Source of the DNA: Gnetum montanum
Lineage: Eukaryota; Plantae; Gnetophyta
Direction of reading: 5' to 3'
NCBI GenBank assembly: GCA_015680685.1
Contig: MNCI01001248.1
Location: forward strand, 11,841-75,840
Length of the DNA: 64,000 nt
Shown here one piece after another: positions 25,622-39,100 of this stretch. The notes beneath the pieces were generated by a model. The model made no database searches and was not told the DNA's origin. It saw only the letters and a list, made by a program, of their open reading frames with translations. Numbering within the stretch: position 1 is the stretch's first letter; every line of letters starts with the position of its first letter. The position numbers and the translations under genes were made by a program.

Positions 25622-26310
25622 TGTGGAACATTTTCAAGTCAATTTGCAAGTTGAATATGCCTGGAACATAATTAGAATGGGAACTGCAAGCTGATGCGAC
25701 CCATAATGACTTTCAATACACATTCCTCTCTTGAATGCAAGGTGATGCATATTATAGTTGTCTTTGACAAAGAGGAAATGATGATAAATTAGAATAGGTT
25801 ACCAAGTAAAAAATAAACCAAGTTACAATGAATATATTTCCAAAATACCACTTTTTATTAATGCAAGGTAAAGTGACCTATAGCCTATCTAAACTATTTA
25901 AATTTCATATAGTTAAAAATTAAATAGTCAATCATTAAAGACTCATTGGAAATGGCTATTATTGATAATGGCTAGTAGTGGTTACTTGTTAAATGCTAAA
26001 TATGGCTTGGATGAGGAGCTACAACATCATGTGATGCACTATAGGTTGCAATAGTTAGTCAAAAGTTGTTTCAACCATTAAATCAAAGACCAAATTACAT
26101 GGATTGAAGCAAAACTAAATGATGGATAACTAGGTAACCAAGGAGGATCATCAAAGATCACCATAGTATAGAAATTTGAGATAGAGAATTGAGATAGAAT
26201 AGAGAGAATTAATAATTAAGGATTATTATTCATGAACTAATATTATACTATTACTTTCATTAATATAAGTAATTGTTTTCTAGCATTAATTCATGTGATT
26301 ATAAGCAATA
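25622..26310 (+). repeat. Element A 3' LTR
   Basis: TG start after PPT AAAGGGGAGGA. Ends TATAAGCAATA. Diverged copy of 873-1648. Confidence 0.8.
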
Positions 26311-26659
26311 CTAATACTTTCTCAAGTTCTAGTGTACAGCCTTCAAATGTTGCACATGTTTTTACTTATCTCTAGGATAGATCATGATGTCATCAATAAA
26401 ATATATAACAAACAAACCATCTAAATAGGGATGCATCATACTATTTATCATGTACATGAACACAAATGGAGCATTAGTAAGTCCAAACTAAAGAATAAAA
26501 AACTCATAATTGGCATACCATGTATGAAAATCTATCTTTGATATGTCCTTCTCTTTGATCCTAAATTGATGATAAGTAGAATTAAGGTCAATCTTGAAGA
26601 ATACCTTAACCTTCTACAACTGATCAAGAAGGTTCTTAATCATATAAAGACTACACATG

Positions 26660-27438
26660 TGATGAGTGGCGAGGTACCCCTACACTCAACCATACAAATA
26701 CGAGCATTACACGCATGATCTGGTCGAACTCCACAGACTAAGTGCCTACATGCCTTATGGAACACTTAAGGTTAATTGTTCATTGTCTTCCCAGACTTAC
26801 TTGTATTTGTCACGGTTGTATGGTTAAGTAAGTCTGAGGTATATGATTTTTATGTCTTTTCTATTTTATCTCCTATGCTAAAGAGATGAAGGGTGAAGAG
26901 AGTAATTAACTAACTTTACCTAATTAACTAAGCCTTAATTAAACTAGCATCAGTATTCGTTCCCACTTACCATTCTTACCCTGAACCAATGCAACCTTGG
27001 TTACCAAACGCTATTCATTACTGGGATCACCAAGTGTAACGCACGTGCTCAAAGCGGTCCTACTGAATGCACTTAACTATGGGAGAAGGGCTGATAGAGA
27101 TTTAATTAACTAATAAAGCATTTAAACAATAATAAATAAATAAAGAATAAGTAAAATCCTATTTAGCCTATTCCATGCACTGCAAGGTTTATCCAAGAAG
27201 TTCATCTTTATTATCGTACACAAACTTGTGTTTAGGTACAATATTTGCTCAAATAAAGATCCGTTCACTTTGGAGCTCCTACTATGGGAACATGGAAATT
27301 ATTCTATCTCTGGAGAGGTAAAACTACCAAATTTTCACTACAATCTAGGCCTAGAATGATAAACAAGGGAGAGCTGCATCTTATTTATAGATTTGGCAGT
27401 GCACTGCGATATCACGTACACGATATCGCATCCCATCA
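26660..27438 (-). repeat. Element D 3' LTR
   Basis: Close copy of 32836-33616; differences are mostly C/T and G/A transitions. Confidence 0.93.
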
Positions 27439-29599
27439 TACCCCCATGACTAAATAAATACTTGTCCTCGTGTTCCTTACAAAATATTGGGAAGGTATGG
27501 GATTATTGACTCAAATGGAACTACTGGTGAATGGGATGACATGTGAATGGATCATAATTACAAGACAAGACAAAACTAGTGTTCACTACAACAAGAGTGA
27601 TCACTTTATACAATTGACATCAAGCCTTATTTGGTAGCTGAGAGAGAGAGAGAGAAAGAAATATTTTTTGCTGCTACCAACACCAAGATCGCACCTTTCG
27701 TTTTCCATCTATAAGTGCACCATCCATCTCATTTCTTACATAGCTACTTCAACACTGCTCCATTCCAAGTGTTCCTTCCAGATCTAATCTGTTGTTGCAT
27801 GATTGCCATCTACACACACAACACAGTCTTTATATTAGCAAGGGTAAATGAATCATAATGCAATTGATACCTTGCTTAGGTGAAAGTTCCATTGGCTGAG
27901 TTGTGATATGGCTGATACGGATCTATAGATATATTCATGGTGACTACCGAAGGTGTAGGGGTTAGAAGAAAATTGAAAAAAATTTGGTCCAGACCCCCAT
28001 GACTAAGAGCAAACCATCGGTAGCGATAGAATGGAGAAAGAATAAAGAATAAGAAATATGGAGAAAAAGAAACAAATATAACATCAATGAAATGGATGTC
28101 AATATGGAAATGAACAAAACAAAGTGGATTTCAAAAATGTTAAGGGAAAGAATTTAACTAGTGCACCAAATAGGAATGTCAATGGGTCCTCCCCAAACCA
28201 GGCTCATGCCCTTAATGCCCTAACGAACCCACATTCAAAGAGTCCATAGGCTTTAGGAATGTCATTTAGAATAAGAGTTAAAGTCTTAACCATAAGAATT
28301 TATCAAAAAGAAAACAATGCATCAACCAAAATATACACTAATGATACAACCGATAATGAGGTGAACAATGGAGAGAAGGATAGAGAGAAGAGAATGGAAT
28401 GGGATCCCAAGAACAAGGTGGTGTACAGCCCCTTGTGTAGTTAATGATTAACGTGACTTAGTAGACCCCATTCCAAGTCTGGCCTTAAAGAAACCACATC
28501 CAGTGACTTCGCATTAATGCAATCAGCCAATCCATCCCCTTGAAGTAACAATAATGCCTTCACCAAAGAGCCACCACCATTTCAATGAAACGAAGGAGGA
28601 GAGAATGGGAAGCGAGAAGGGCCTTAGTTAGAGGGAACATTTTTATTTTAGTTCCATAACCAATGATTGTAGCCCAAATGATTATTTCATCTAAGGGGTG
28701 TGCTTTTAATTCTTACTTCTTCTTCTTTTCTTCTTTTTTTTCTTTTTTTATGTGTTTATACATGAGAACCACACCATGCAAAGACTTTGTTATTTTTATT
28801 AGCTCAGCTTCCCGATAATGGAGCAATGTTGAAATGGGAAGGAAAACTCATGAAGAAAACATCCAAGCACCCAAGAGAATGGCCAACACAAATACATCAA
28901 GTTCCCTTGAAGTCACACCCTTTCAATCCTTGAGTCCTTCCTTAGTTTGGGAAATGCCCAATCATCGATTCATTATAGTTCTTATTTGGAAAGGGACTGT
29001 ACATTTTCAAGCTAAGAGAGATCATAGAAATTCATGGATGTATGAATGAAGTGGACTCATTGCCTACTATATTAAAAGAACCATACCTTAGTATCAACAT
29101 CATAACTTGAAGGTAAAAACAAAACATTAGCAACCAAATAGAAACAGTTCATAACATCATTAAGAACACTTATTGGGTGACAAACTTAACAAGATGGATA
29201 TCACACACACACACAAAAAGAACTAAAAAAGTATAATGATGTTGTAAAACAAAAAACAAGAAAAGTTAAAGAAATTTGTAAAACAAAAACTTGCAAAACA
29301 AAAATGTGTAAAACAAAAACGTGTAAAATAAAAACTTAAAAGGAACTGAGGGTGCCAAATGATTAGCATAGGTGGCCATCTCCCCCATGACTGAATGGAA
29401 AGGAAGAGATCTAAAATAATGAACACCTATTTGAATTTTTTAGAAGTGTCCAACTTCTCCCAATTGGTGTTCTCAAGTTAAGGGTTGGAAGTTGGTGACG
29501 CTCATACTCCAATGTATCTATGCCTTCGTTGTGGATGTGATTTGTTCCTCTAGTTTGTTCCATGCATGTTTGTGGGCTGCTTTCTTGATCAGCTATCAA

Positions 29600-32500
29600 C
29601 TAGTGGGTGTTCTCTTGTTGTGTGGTTGCTACAGATAAGCATCTTTGTATCTGATTTCCTTGTGCACACCAATTGCATGTAGGAGATGCTAAGCATTCCT
29701 CCATGTCATCACCTTCTGAGTCACTATATGTGATGCATGGAACTTTCTTCTTCTCAATCTTTCCATAAATTTTTACCTTAGATATTTCCAAGGAAATATC
29801 ACATATTCCTAGGCATGCATCTATTGTACTTAGCCATGCCCTTCCCATTATAATTGGGAAGTGCTCTTTGTTGCTGTTGAATTCTATCACCAGGAAATTA
29901 GCTGGGTATGACAAGGAAAATAGTGGTAATGATGTATTCCACCAATCCCAAGGAAATGATGATGGACTAGTCAGCCAACTCTATTTGAATATTGCTCTTC
30001 TAGAGTGGAGGCAAGTTCCAAGCTTGATGCATTTCTCGTGAGATTAAGTTGACTCCGAAACCTGATTCAAGAAGAGCCTTATGAGGTTTGTTCTTAGTGA
30101 CTTAGAGGTAGATTAAGGGACTTCCAAGATCAGAGAGTTTCCTAGGAAGGTAGCCTACCTTGATCTAGTCAGTAACAATATGTGTTAACATAACCGTATG
30201 TGTTAAACTCTGTTGTTGGTTTGAAGGGAGCTCTGAAGCCTTAATTATTGGAGGAGCATACATAGACTCAACTTCTTGTGGTTGTGAGAGCTTGTTTGGG
30301 CTTTTGGTTCTAAAGAAAGATCTTCTCTTATTTTGGTTGTCAAAACCAGTAGTGGGTTGAAGGTTTACAGCTCTCATAGCATTACATTACTGTGGTTGAG
30401 TGGGGAGTTCCTCTTGCATTGTTGGAGAGGGAGGTAGTGGAACTACCAGAGAAAGAGCATCAAATGGATTTACAGGATGGTATGTCTGTGGTGTGTCTCC
30501 CAGAGGAGAAGGAGTTGTTCTAAAATAATCTTGAACTTGGTAGTGACGTTGTGGGGTTGTGTGACCCATAGAGTCACTTGGAGAAACCGGCAATTGCACA
30601 TAGTAGTCATATGGGTCTGGTTGTCGGTAAGGGTATTTTTTTTCTAGGCGGTGGCATCCCCCATGACTGTGGGTGTTGCCACTATTGGTGTTTCCCAATA
30701 GTTTGTGGTGGAGTTCCACTTGGATAATATGTTAATAGTTGGTGGAACTATCTTGGGTTACCTTGGGAATAAGGCAACCTTCAGGGTGCCTGCCATCTAT
30801 TAAGTCTTGGGTTGAGTGCATACACCACAGACTCTTGTAGATGTGAGATTATTGGGCAACATCCCTTAGGATGGTCATATTGGTAGATCTCACATCCACC
30901 ATCATTTTCTTTATCTGAATCCACAACCTAATCGGCGATAGTCATTTTTCCCTTACCCTTGTCACATGCATGGCCTGAATCTCTCTGCTTTTTCTTACCA
31001 TGGTCACTACTTCGTTTCTCCTTAGATTCCTCTACAATTTTTAGGATAGTTTCAATTTTACTATCTAAGGAGCTCCATATTTCATCCCTTAGCTGATACT
31101 TCCATTGTTAGCTTTTGAAGTGGCAAGGTTTTTCTATTCACCAACTCTTTGAGTGGTGACTCATCCTCTTCATCACAGAATCTCACTCCCTTCTTTCAGA
31201 TGGAAGGATCATGGTTATATTCTTCTACGCTTTCTCTTTTTTGTAGCTCCCCTTCTTCTTTTGTACTTGCTCCAACAATCAATGAATTTTATGGGATCTA
31301 AGTTCAGATAGTCTCCCTTGGGTATAAGTCCCAAGGGTTCTCCTAGTTTTGTGTCTTAGCCCATCTACAAGGTGGTGGAGTTGATCCCGTTGTGCGTAAC
31401 CATGGCCCAGGCAACAATGTAGCAATGCATAGTAGCAACCCATGGCAACATCCAAGGGTTCATGATTACCCTGCTTTCATCCTTGGATCTGCTTACGCAA
31501 GTTAGACACTCTTGAGTATGTTTGGTATTTATCGTTGAACAACTCTAACATCGTACTCCATCTCCTAATGGCTTCTGGCTCTACGGACCAGTACCAACTC
31601 TCTGCTTCCTTTATGAGTGTCCTAGGAAACAACTTTAACTTATACCACTCATTTTCAATATTTTTCAAGGTGTATGCATCGTGGAATGCCTATAAATGAT
31701 TTTTCGGATTAGCATTGTATCCCCCTTCGAAGCGTGGGATATTGTTGATGCCTTGTAGGTATTCTCATTGCTCCATAATATCTAACATACTTTGGGTGGC
31801 AAGTAGGGGTTCTTCATGATCATCTCTCTCATGATTTCTATGATGCCTACGTGGTTCCCTACTTTCCCTTCTACCATGCCTATACTCTCTAGACTACCCT
31901 CGTCCTCGCTCTCGACTCTCTCATCGAGGTATCTCATTTTGCTTACCCTTATCCTCACCATTATGATCTTTGTGACTATGCCTTGATGTGGAAGGAGAGG
32001 GTGAATGATGTGATGAAGGGGAAGAAGAAGAAAAACCATTGCCATGATGATGTTTCTTACCTTCTCTTCGGTGACTACGACCCCAATCGTGATGACGATT
32101 TGAGTGCCTGTTCTTGTCATGTGTTTTTGTTACCTCAGTGAACACTTGGTGTTCATGAGGATCAAAAATAGGGTTTTGTATTGTAGAGTGTAGGTTCTGA
32201 TACCCCACCTCCTCACTATTTTCAAGAGGGGGAACATCATTTGATGGAGAACCCGTTATAATTGGTTCACCATCTCCAATTTTTCTTAGGACATGCAGGA
32301 CCCCTTTGCCCTTCAACAATGTATGGTGGCTCTCCTGCTGTGAGTCCCTTAGATGTTGTGCTACTATGGGATGGTAATCCCTTGTGTTATAATCTTCTAC
32401 AAAGTATTCAACATATAGCTATATCATGTCTATATGTGCAAGCGCATGAAGGAGCATGTTTGGGACTGCACGATCTGGGGGTAACACTATGTTACCTTGC

Positions 32501-32691
32501 AAATCACGCCAACACAGTTGTTCATCCTGATGGAGGATAAAATTAAAGTTGGGTATATACTCATCGGGATGAATATATACCACACTGAATTCTTGAGGAA
32601 CTGGCAGATTTTGGTTATGTATGTTAGATTGCCGACGGTCTCTTGTGTGATCCCTAGGTGGTGAATTGATTTTATGAAAAGAAGAAGACAT
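29600..32691 (-). pseudogene. gag: Element D gag-protease
   Basis: ATG at 32691. KLKLFPRTLIKEAESWY, CPGHG, Cys/His knuckle near 30860-30900, protease ALLESGFGVNLI...ANFLVIE...PIIMGRAWLST. Confidence 0.85.
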
Positions 32692-32835
32692 TGTGTCTTA
32701 TTTGGTGTGCTGATTAACCATTATATAATTTTTTTTTAATTAACCCTAAGGGTTTTTTTAAGCTCCCAATGATGTGGATAATTTTCTATGTTCTACTTAG
32801 AGCACAAACAACTTAGTCCCCGGCAACGGTGCCAA

Positions 32836-33616
32836 TGATGAGTGGCAAAGTACCCCTACACTCAAGCATACGAATACGAGCGTTACACACGCGATCCAGT
32901 CGAACTTCGTAGACTAAGTTCCTACACGCCTTATGGAACACTTAAGGTTAATCATTCGTTGTCTTCCCAGACTTACTTGTATTTGTCACGGTTGTATGGT
33001 TAAGTAAGTTTGAGGTATATGATTTTTATGTCTTTTCTGTTTTATCTCCTATGCTAAAGAGGTTAAGGGTGAAGAGACTAATTAACTAAATTTAACTAAC
33101 TAACTAAGTCTTAATTAAATTAGCATTAGTATCCATTCCCACTTACCATTCACACCCTGAACCAATGCAACCTTGGTTACCAAACGCTATTCATTACTGG
33201 GATCACCAAGCGTAACGCGCGTGCTCAAAGTAGTCGTACTGAATGCACTAAACTATGGGAGAAGGGTTGAGAGAGATTTAATTAACTAATAAAGCATTTA
33301 AAAAATAAACAATAAATAACAATAAGTAAAATCCTATTTAGCCTATTCCATGCACTGCAAGGTTTATCCAAGAAGTTCGTCTTTATTTCCATACACAAAC
33401 TTGTGTTCAGGTACAATATTTGCTTGAATAAAGATCCGTTCACTTTGGAGCTCCTACTACGAGCACATGGAAATTATTCTATCTCTAAAGAGGTAAAACT
33501 ACCAGAGTTTCACTATAGTCTAGGCCTAGAATGATAGACAAGTGAGAGCTGCATCTTATTTATAGATTTGGTAGCGCACTGTGATATTGCAGCCCATGCG
33601 ATATCGCGTCCCATCA
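32836..33616 (-). repeat. Element D 5' LTR
   Basis: TGATG..CATCA termini. GCGATATCGC motif upstream of the TATA box on the minus strand. Confidence 0.93.
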
Positions 33617-34633
33617 ACATGTTTCTAAGTATGACTTGATTTAACTACCTATAATCTATACAAAACTTAATACTTTCATCCTTATTTTTCAAAAATAATA
33701 CCAATGCTCACCAATAAGAAACACTAGAATGAATGAATCCTTTGCTCATCAACTCTTGGATTTTGCATCTTTAACTCTACTAGTTCCACTTGTGACATGC
33801 AATGTGACATCCTAAAAATAGGCTCAATTATCAAATTCAAAGCAATGTTAAAATTCACTTCTCTTCTTAGAGGTAGATTATGATGTCTAGAAATCCATGC
33901 ACTACTAAATAGAACTCAATGTCTAATTCTTTTATTTCACTAATTAGCATAACATAGGAGCTCTGTCCTTTTTGCATTACCTGCTTGACTACCATAGATG
34001 AAATAAAATCCAACTTTATATTTTCTATACCTAGTCTAAATATTCGTCTCAAAATTATTATCTCACTATAGCCTCAAAATCTTCCTTTAGTAGTCTATAC
34101 TTCCACAAAGTTTTGCTAGATAATGCATTCCTAAAATGATATCAGATTCTAGTAGACTTATAACATGTACCATGGCCATTAAACATCCTAAATAGAGAGA
34201 ATTATGGTAGGATACTCATGATTTATAAGAGACATATGATTTGCTATGAACCTAATAACTAGTGAATGTTGAAGATATTAATACTTTAATTGTAATGTTT
34301 GACACTAAGGTTCACAAAGAAATATTTGACACTAGGGTCAAAACAAAGCTAAAATAGATAAACTATAAGTCTTACCTTCTATTTTTATCACAATGTTGGG
34401 TTGCACCTCCAACAACTAATTCATATATGCATATAGCCTCTCTTGAGTCCTCTTCCCAATGCCTCCTATCTACCTTATTAAAGGAGTAGCAACTTACTAC
34501 TTTTTACCCTTTAGGAGATATTTGTCTCACTCTAGTTCCTACCACCATACCCTAAATTTTTTTGCTACCTCATCCTATGTCCTAACTGATCATATGTGAG
34601 CTAATTAGAATAATTTTTCTTTAGGATTAAGTA

Positions 34634-36149
34634 TGTGATGGAAAATTTAAAGGTCTCTTGTGTCTAAATATATAGGTCCCAAGGTTATATGTTGTTGAAA
34701 ATGTCAATCTTGAGTTAACTATAAGTTGGTTGAAAGCTATTAAAGATTTTTGTAATGTTTTAATAGAGGTCATAAGTTGGTCATGAACAAGTTGTAGGTA
34801 CAGCATGAGGAAGATACGATGTGAGGTAGTTGTAAGCTAATTATGATTGAGCTAAATTTGGTCTTTAAGAATCACAAGTTTGGTGTGAGCTATAATGGAA
34901 TTACAAGGATGATGCAAGTGTAGTGCGAGTCACCCTAGATCTTGAATTAGTCTTAAGAATTCACTTGAACTTGAGCATGAGAAAATAAGGGTCATGCTAA
35001 GGTTGTTTTGAGCATGGAAACTACAAAAATAGATTCTAAACTAAGTTGAATTAAATATTCTAAAATGTTAAATCCCTAGAAAAGGATAGATACTTCTTTC
35101 AACATGTAATTGAACTTAAGCTCTTGAGGGTTTGTCCTTAAATTTTATCAAATTCAATATTAATGATTCTTTAAACATGAATGGGTAAAGAAATGAGAGA
35201 ATATGTATATAATTCCTCCTACTCACATGAAATAATATCTTCAAACATAAAAAGAAACTTGAGAAAACTCAAATCTTTGTAAAATTTAAGCATGTAAGAC
35301 TTGAATCTTACTCAATTCCTGATGGATAAGCTTGAACTCCTTATGTGGAGAAATTACAAAAGAAAACCCAACTTGGAACTCCTTAAGTCTTTAAATCTAA
35401 AATAAATTAAGTGCATAAATATGTTTAAAACATGGATGAATATGAATCCTTTTCAATTTATATGAAATTTATTCTTTAGAATAAATATGTCCAAGACAAT
35501 TCAACAAGCCCTATTCAAGCTTAAACCCTTAACATAAACTTCAACTCAAACATGAAAAAAAATGTAAACATGCATAATTCAACTAAACCCTTATGAGAAA
35601 CATGTAAGGAATACAATTGTGACATTTAATTAAAATAAACTTCTACAAATATGTGAGAATTAATGAGAGAAAACATTAGAGAACACTTATGAGCTAAGTG
35701 TACGAAAAAATGTGTGAGTTGAAATTATGAAAGAGTTCACAACTCATGTGAGAACTCCATTACAAAAATATTAAAAAGGGATAATAAATGTTAAAACTAA
35801 AAATAATTTAGATCAAATATAAAAGTGGAAATAAAGGAAGAAATTACATTCACTTTAATCTCTTCAAAATAGGAAACCTATTATGAGTGAGATACATCCC
35901 TATTTATACTTTTTCCCAAGAGAAGAAGTGTGCCATAAATGTTATGGTGAACATGAAGGTTTCATTAATTTCCTTTTACCATTCTTGGAAATGCTTTCAA
36001 CCTTAACCTTTCCTAAGTCTTCTAGCTCATAAAACACATCACTCCTAAACATTTAGAACTCTAAAGAAAAAATATTAAATACCTACATATATCTCCTAAA
36101 CTACTCAACATAGGAAAGTAAAGTACACGTGAGTGATTGATGGTTCACA
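34634..36149. repeat. Unassigned ~1.5 kb non-coding insertion in E, possibly a solo LTR
   Basis: TGTGA...TCACA ends and a CCCTATTTATA box at ~35898. It interrupts E's gag region. No TSD found. Confidence 0.35.
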
Positions 36150-39100
36150 TATTTACACTCAATATAACATGTAGATGGATAACCTATTTACATTTATAGA
36201 ATTATTGGGGATTTAATGTACTATTACTTTTACTTTTTTGATACTTTTCATTACATTCCAAACCTCTTACTTACTTGGCCTCACCAAACTTTCCTTTAGG
36301 AGAAAAACCTCTTTCTTGTGCATGATTTATTCTCACTACAACTTCCTACTAACTTCTTTCCAAAATAATTGTTGTACCTATAACATCTTCATAAATAGTC
36401 AACTTAAATGGAATCAAATGATATTTTTGGAAAGGCTTCAATTCTCTAAGAAATCTATCAATCCTAGATGCTTATTCCCTATAGATGTATGAAACAAACT
36501 CGCTAAGTTTTAAGAAGTTGCCATCAAATTCAAAGACAGAAAGGCTTTCTTAATATAAGTAGTAGGATGTTTATTTCTTTCCCCTCACATATTGGATAGA
36601 TACATATCACTTTCTAAAAAGTCATTATATATGTATCCCATTCCACATCAACTATGTTCCATCCTTTAGCTCTCTCTCCTATGCTCTACTAATGTGTTGC
36701 TACTTTACCAATATCAATTCATAGATTGCCAACCTAGTCTATTATTCTTATGTATATCCCATGAATCTGAAAGACTTCTATACTTCCTCCAACCACTCCA
36801 TGGCCATAGATGAGTCCTCAAATCCTATGAATATTAATGTTTATCCTAGTCTACAAAACTATGCCATCAACTCCTTGCTAAGAGGTTACCTACTTTTATC
36901 AATCTCATTCCTTAGAATATTCTCACTATCACTAGTTTTTTCTATAATGGTTGTGGATCCTCTCTTAGTTTCCTACCTTGAAAACATAGTATATCCTTTC
37001 TAATCTTGGTCTAAGATGCCTCCTCTTTAACCACCTCAATTTGTTCCTATGACACCTTATTTTTATCGATCTTCTAGTTCTCCTTCCTCCTATTACAACT
37101 CCTAAAATCAATAGATCTATCATTTGCTTATTCATCTTCATCTTTGATACCAATTTATAATACCCTCCTACTTAACTATGGTTAAAAATTTCTACTTAGA
37201 GAAAAACATGGTTATGATAGGATAACAGAAATATTGAAATAAAAATTATTAACTAGCAAACAATTACAAAAGAAAGAAATAGGCTCTAGAGGTCATGAAA
37301 TTTTTAGGCCAATAGGAAATATTTAATATTAGCAATGATAGTAGCCCTTATAATACAAGAAACCTACATTTTCCACTACTTACACAGGTCTAAACTACAA
37401 TTATGATGTAGAAAAATTACAATGTGCTATAAAAAATTAAAGAAACTCATTCAATTATAATAGTAGTATAGCTCACATGATTAAAATATGTATCATTTTC
37501 ATAGATAATAGTAAATAATAACAATATTAGTTGAGTGGAGAAATATTAAAAAATACACTGCACTAACCAAAAATAATAATGTAGTTAAGAGGAATAATAG
37601 TCATAATACAGTAACATGTAAATGGAAAAATAATACCAATCTCAAATTAGATCAAATATCCATAGGCACACTAATTCTAAGAGCTAGAAAAATATCCAAC
37701 TTACTCTAAGGTCTCTCATCTTCCAACCACTTCCTCAACTCCAATGTCTATAGTTTATAAAGAAATTAGTATATACCAAATGGAAATAATTATAACCTTT
37801 CTTATTTAACTTTCCAACAAGATTCATGATCCAAAAATAATAAGGCATAAGAGAATCAACCTATGATGCATATTAGTATGAACATCAAGTAAGCCATCTC
37901 AAATCAATGCATAAAATCATAAACATAAATCAACATAACACCTCATCCATCACCACCACCACAACAAATCAACATTTATAAAATCTAGCATCCATTACTT
38001 AGTGTAACATATTATCAACTTGTCATGTGTACTTGTTGGCCAATCTATTCAACTATCATATTTATATCACTACTTACAATACTTCATGTAATAGTTTTAT
38101 TATACATTTGATCTAGTACTATACCTCTTGTAATGTATGTATTGCATTTTAAAGAAAACAAGTTTACAAACTATCTCTCACAATCATTACCCCCTCTCTT
38201 GATAAAAAAACCAATTAAGAATAGTATTAGGCCTAAAGGATGGAGATAACATTGTATCATAGAGAACAACAATAAGCCACATGAGTAATGGAGGATTTCA
38301 CATCATCATGAGATAAAAAAAATTTCTCACTTTTAGAGTTATTTATCTTAGTTGTAGATTAGAATCCACTACCCTTCCTGTCATCATGGTAGAGATATTT
38401 ACTATCCCAATGTAACCTACCAAACTTTTCATCATCCCTTCTTAGAGTTTTTCAACTTGTTATTTCAATAGAATCCTAGATTCTACTAATGAATGTTGGA
38501 TAAAGAAAATAAGAAATAGAGTAAGGAATTTATAGGAAAGAGAGAAATCTAATGAAGGAGATCTAATCACATGTTTACTTGTCCTTAATCCATGTCACTT
38601 ATAATGGATTAATCATAAAATACTATTATAATTTAAAAACTAACTTAGGTCTAGGTGCATAAGTCATATGTTAAAAACAAAAAAATTGACCATAAGGGAT
38701 ATGGGTTAAAAATTCAATTGTCCAACTTAACCAATGACTAAATCTCCAACTTTATTCAATCCTACCAAATAAAACAAACTCCAAATTTAATATGGCCTTC
38801 GTCAATGACTTTCTCATAGAAAATGCTCTAACATGAAACTCTCTAGAAACTAAATCTTACTAACTATCATATGAAAAATAAAATAAAATAAATATTGTAG
38901 ACATATGCCACACCTATTAATTTCCACATGTCTTTGTTATATCTAATTTTTCAATTCCTCAAAGATCAAGACTAAGTGTGGTCTTGACATTACTTCATGC
39001 AAGTTTGGGCATCAAACTCCCAAAATACATTAACATGAGGCATATTCTCAACTTCTCAACTTGTGAAGGTCTTCAAGGACAATTTAAATTCATGATCCAA

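Larger units (their letters stand above)
873..26310 (+). mobile_element. Element A: old Athila-lineage Ty3/gypsy LTR retrotransposon, degenerate, interrupted by B and C
   Basis: Diverged direct repeats ~873-1648 and 25622-26310. Degenerate PBS TTTGGTGTCATT after the 5' LTR and PPT AAAGGGGAGGA before the 3' LTR. Gag, protease, RT, integrase and extra-ORF remnants in gypsy order. TSD not recovered. Confidence 0.8.
26660..33616 (-). mobile_element. Element D: non-autonomous Athila-lineage LTR element (gag + protease only)
   Basis: LTRs 26660-27438 and 32836-33616. TSD ACATG at 26655-26659 and 33617-33621. PBS TGGCACCGTTGCCGGGGA at 32817-32834. PPT at 27439-27451. No RT/RH/IN and no long extra ORF. 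Confidence 0.93.
26311..38890 (-). mobile_element. Element E: degenerate Tekay/Del-like chromovirus (gag-protease-RT part plus 5' LTR), interrupted by D
   Basis: Minus-strand RT CIDYR*LNQVILRN|..LYMIKNLLDQL*KVKVFFKIDLNSTYHQFRIKE spans the D insertion (33622-33800 and 26320-26655). Gag at 36400-36850 (AMEWLEEV...SVFEFDGNFLKLSEF...RF). PBS TGGTATCAAAG (tRNA-iMet) at 37142-37152. LTR from ~37155; right limit approximate. Confidence 0.75.
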
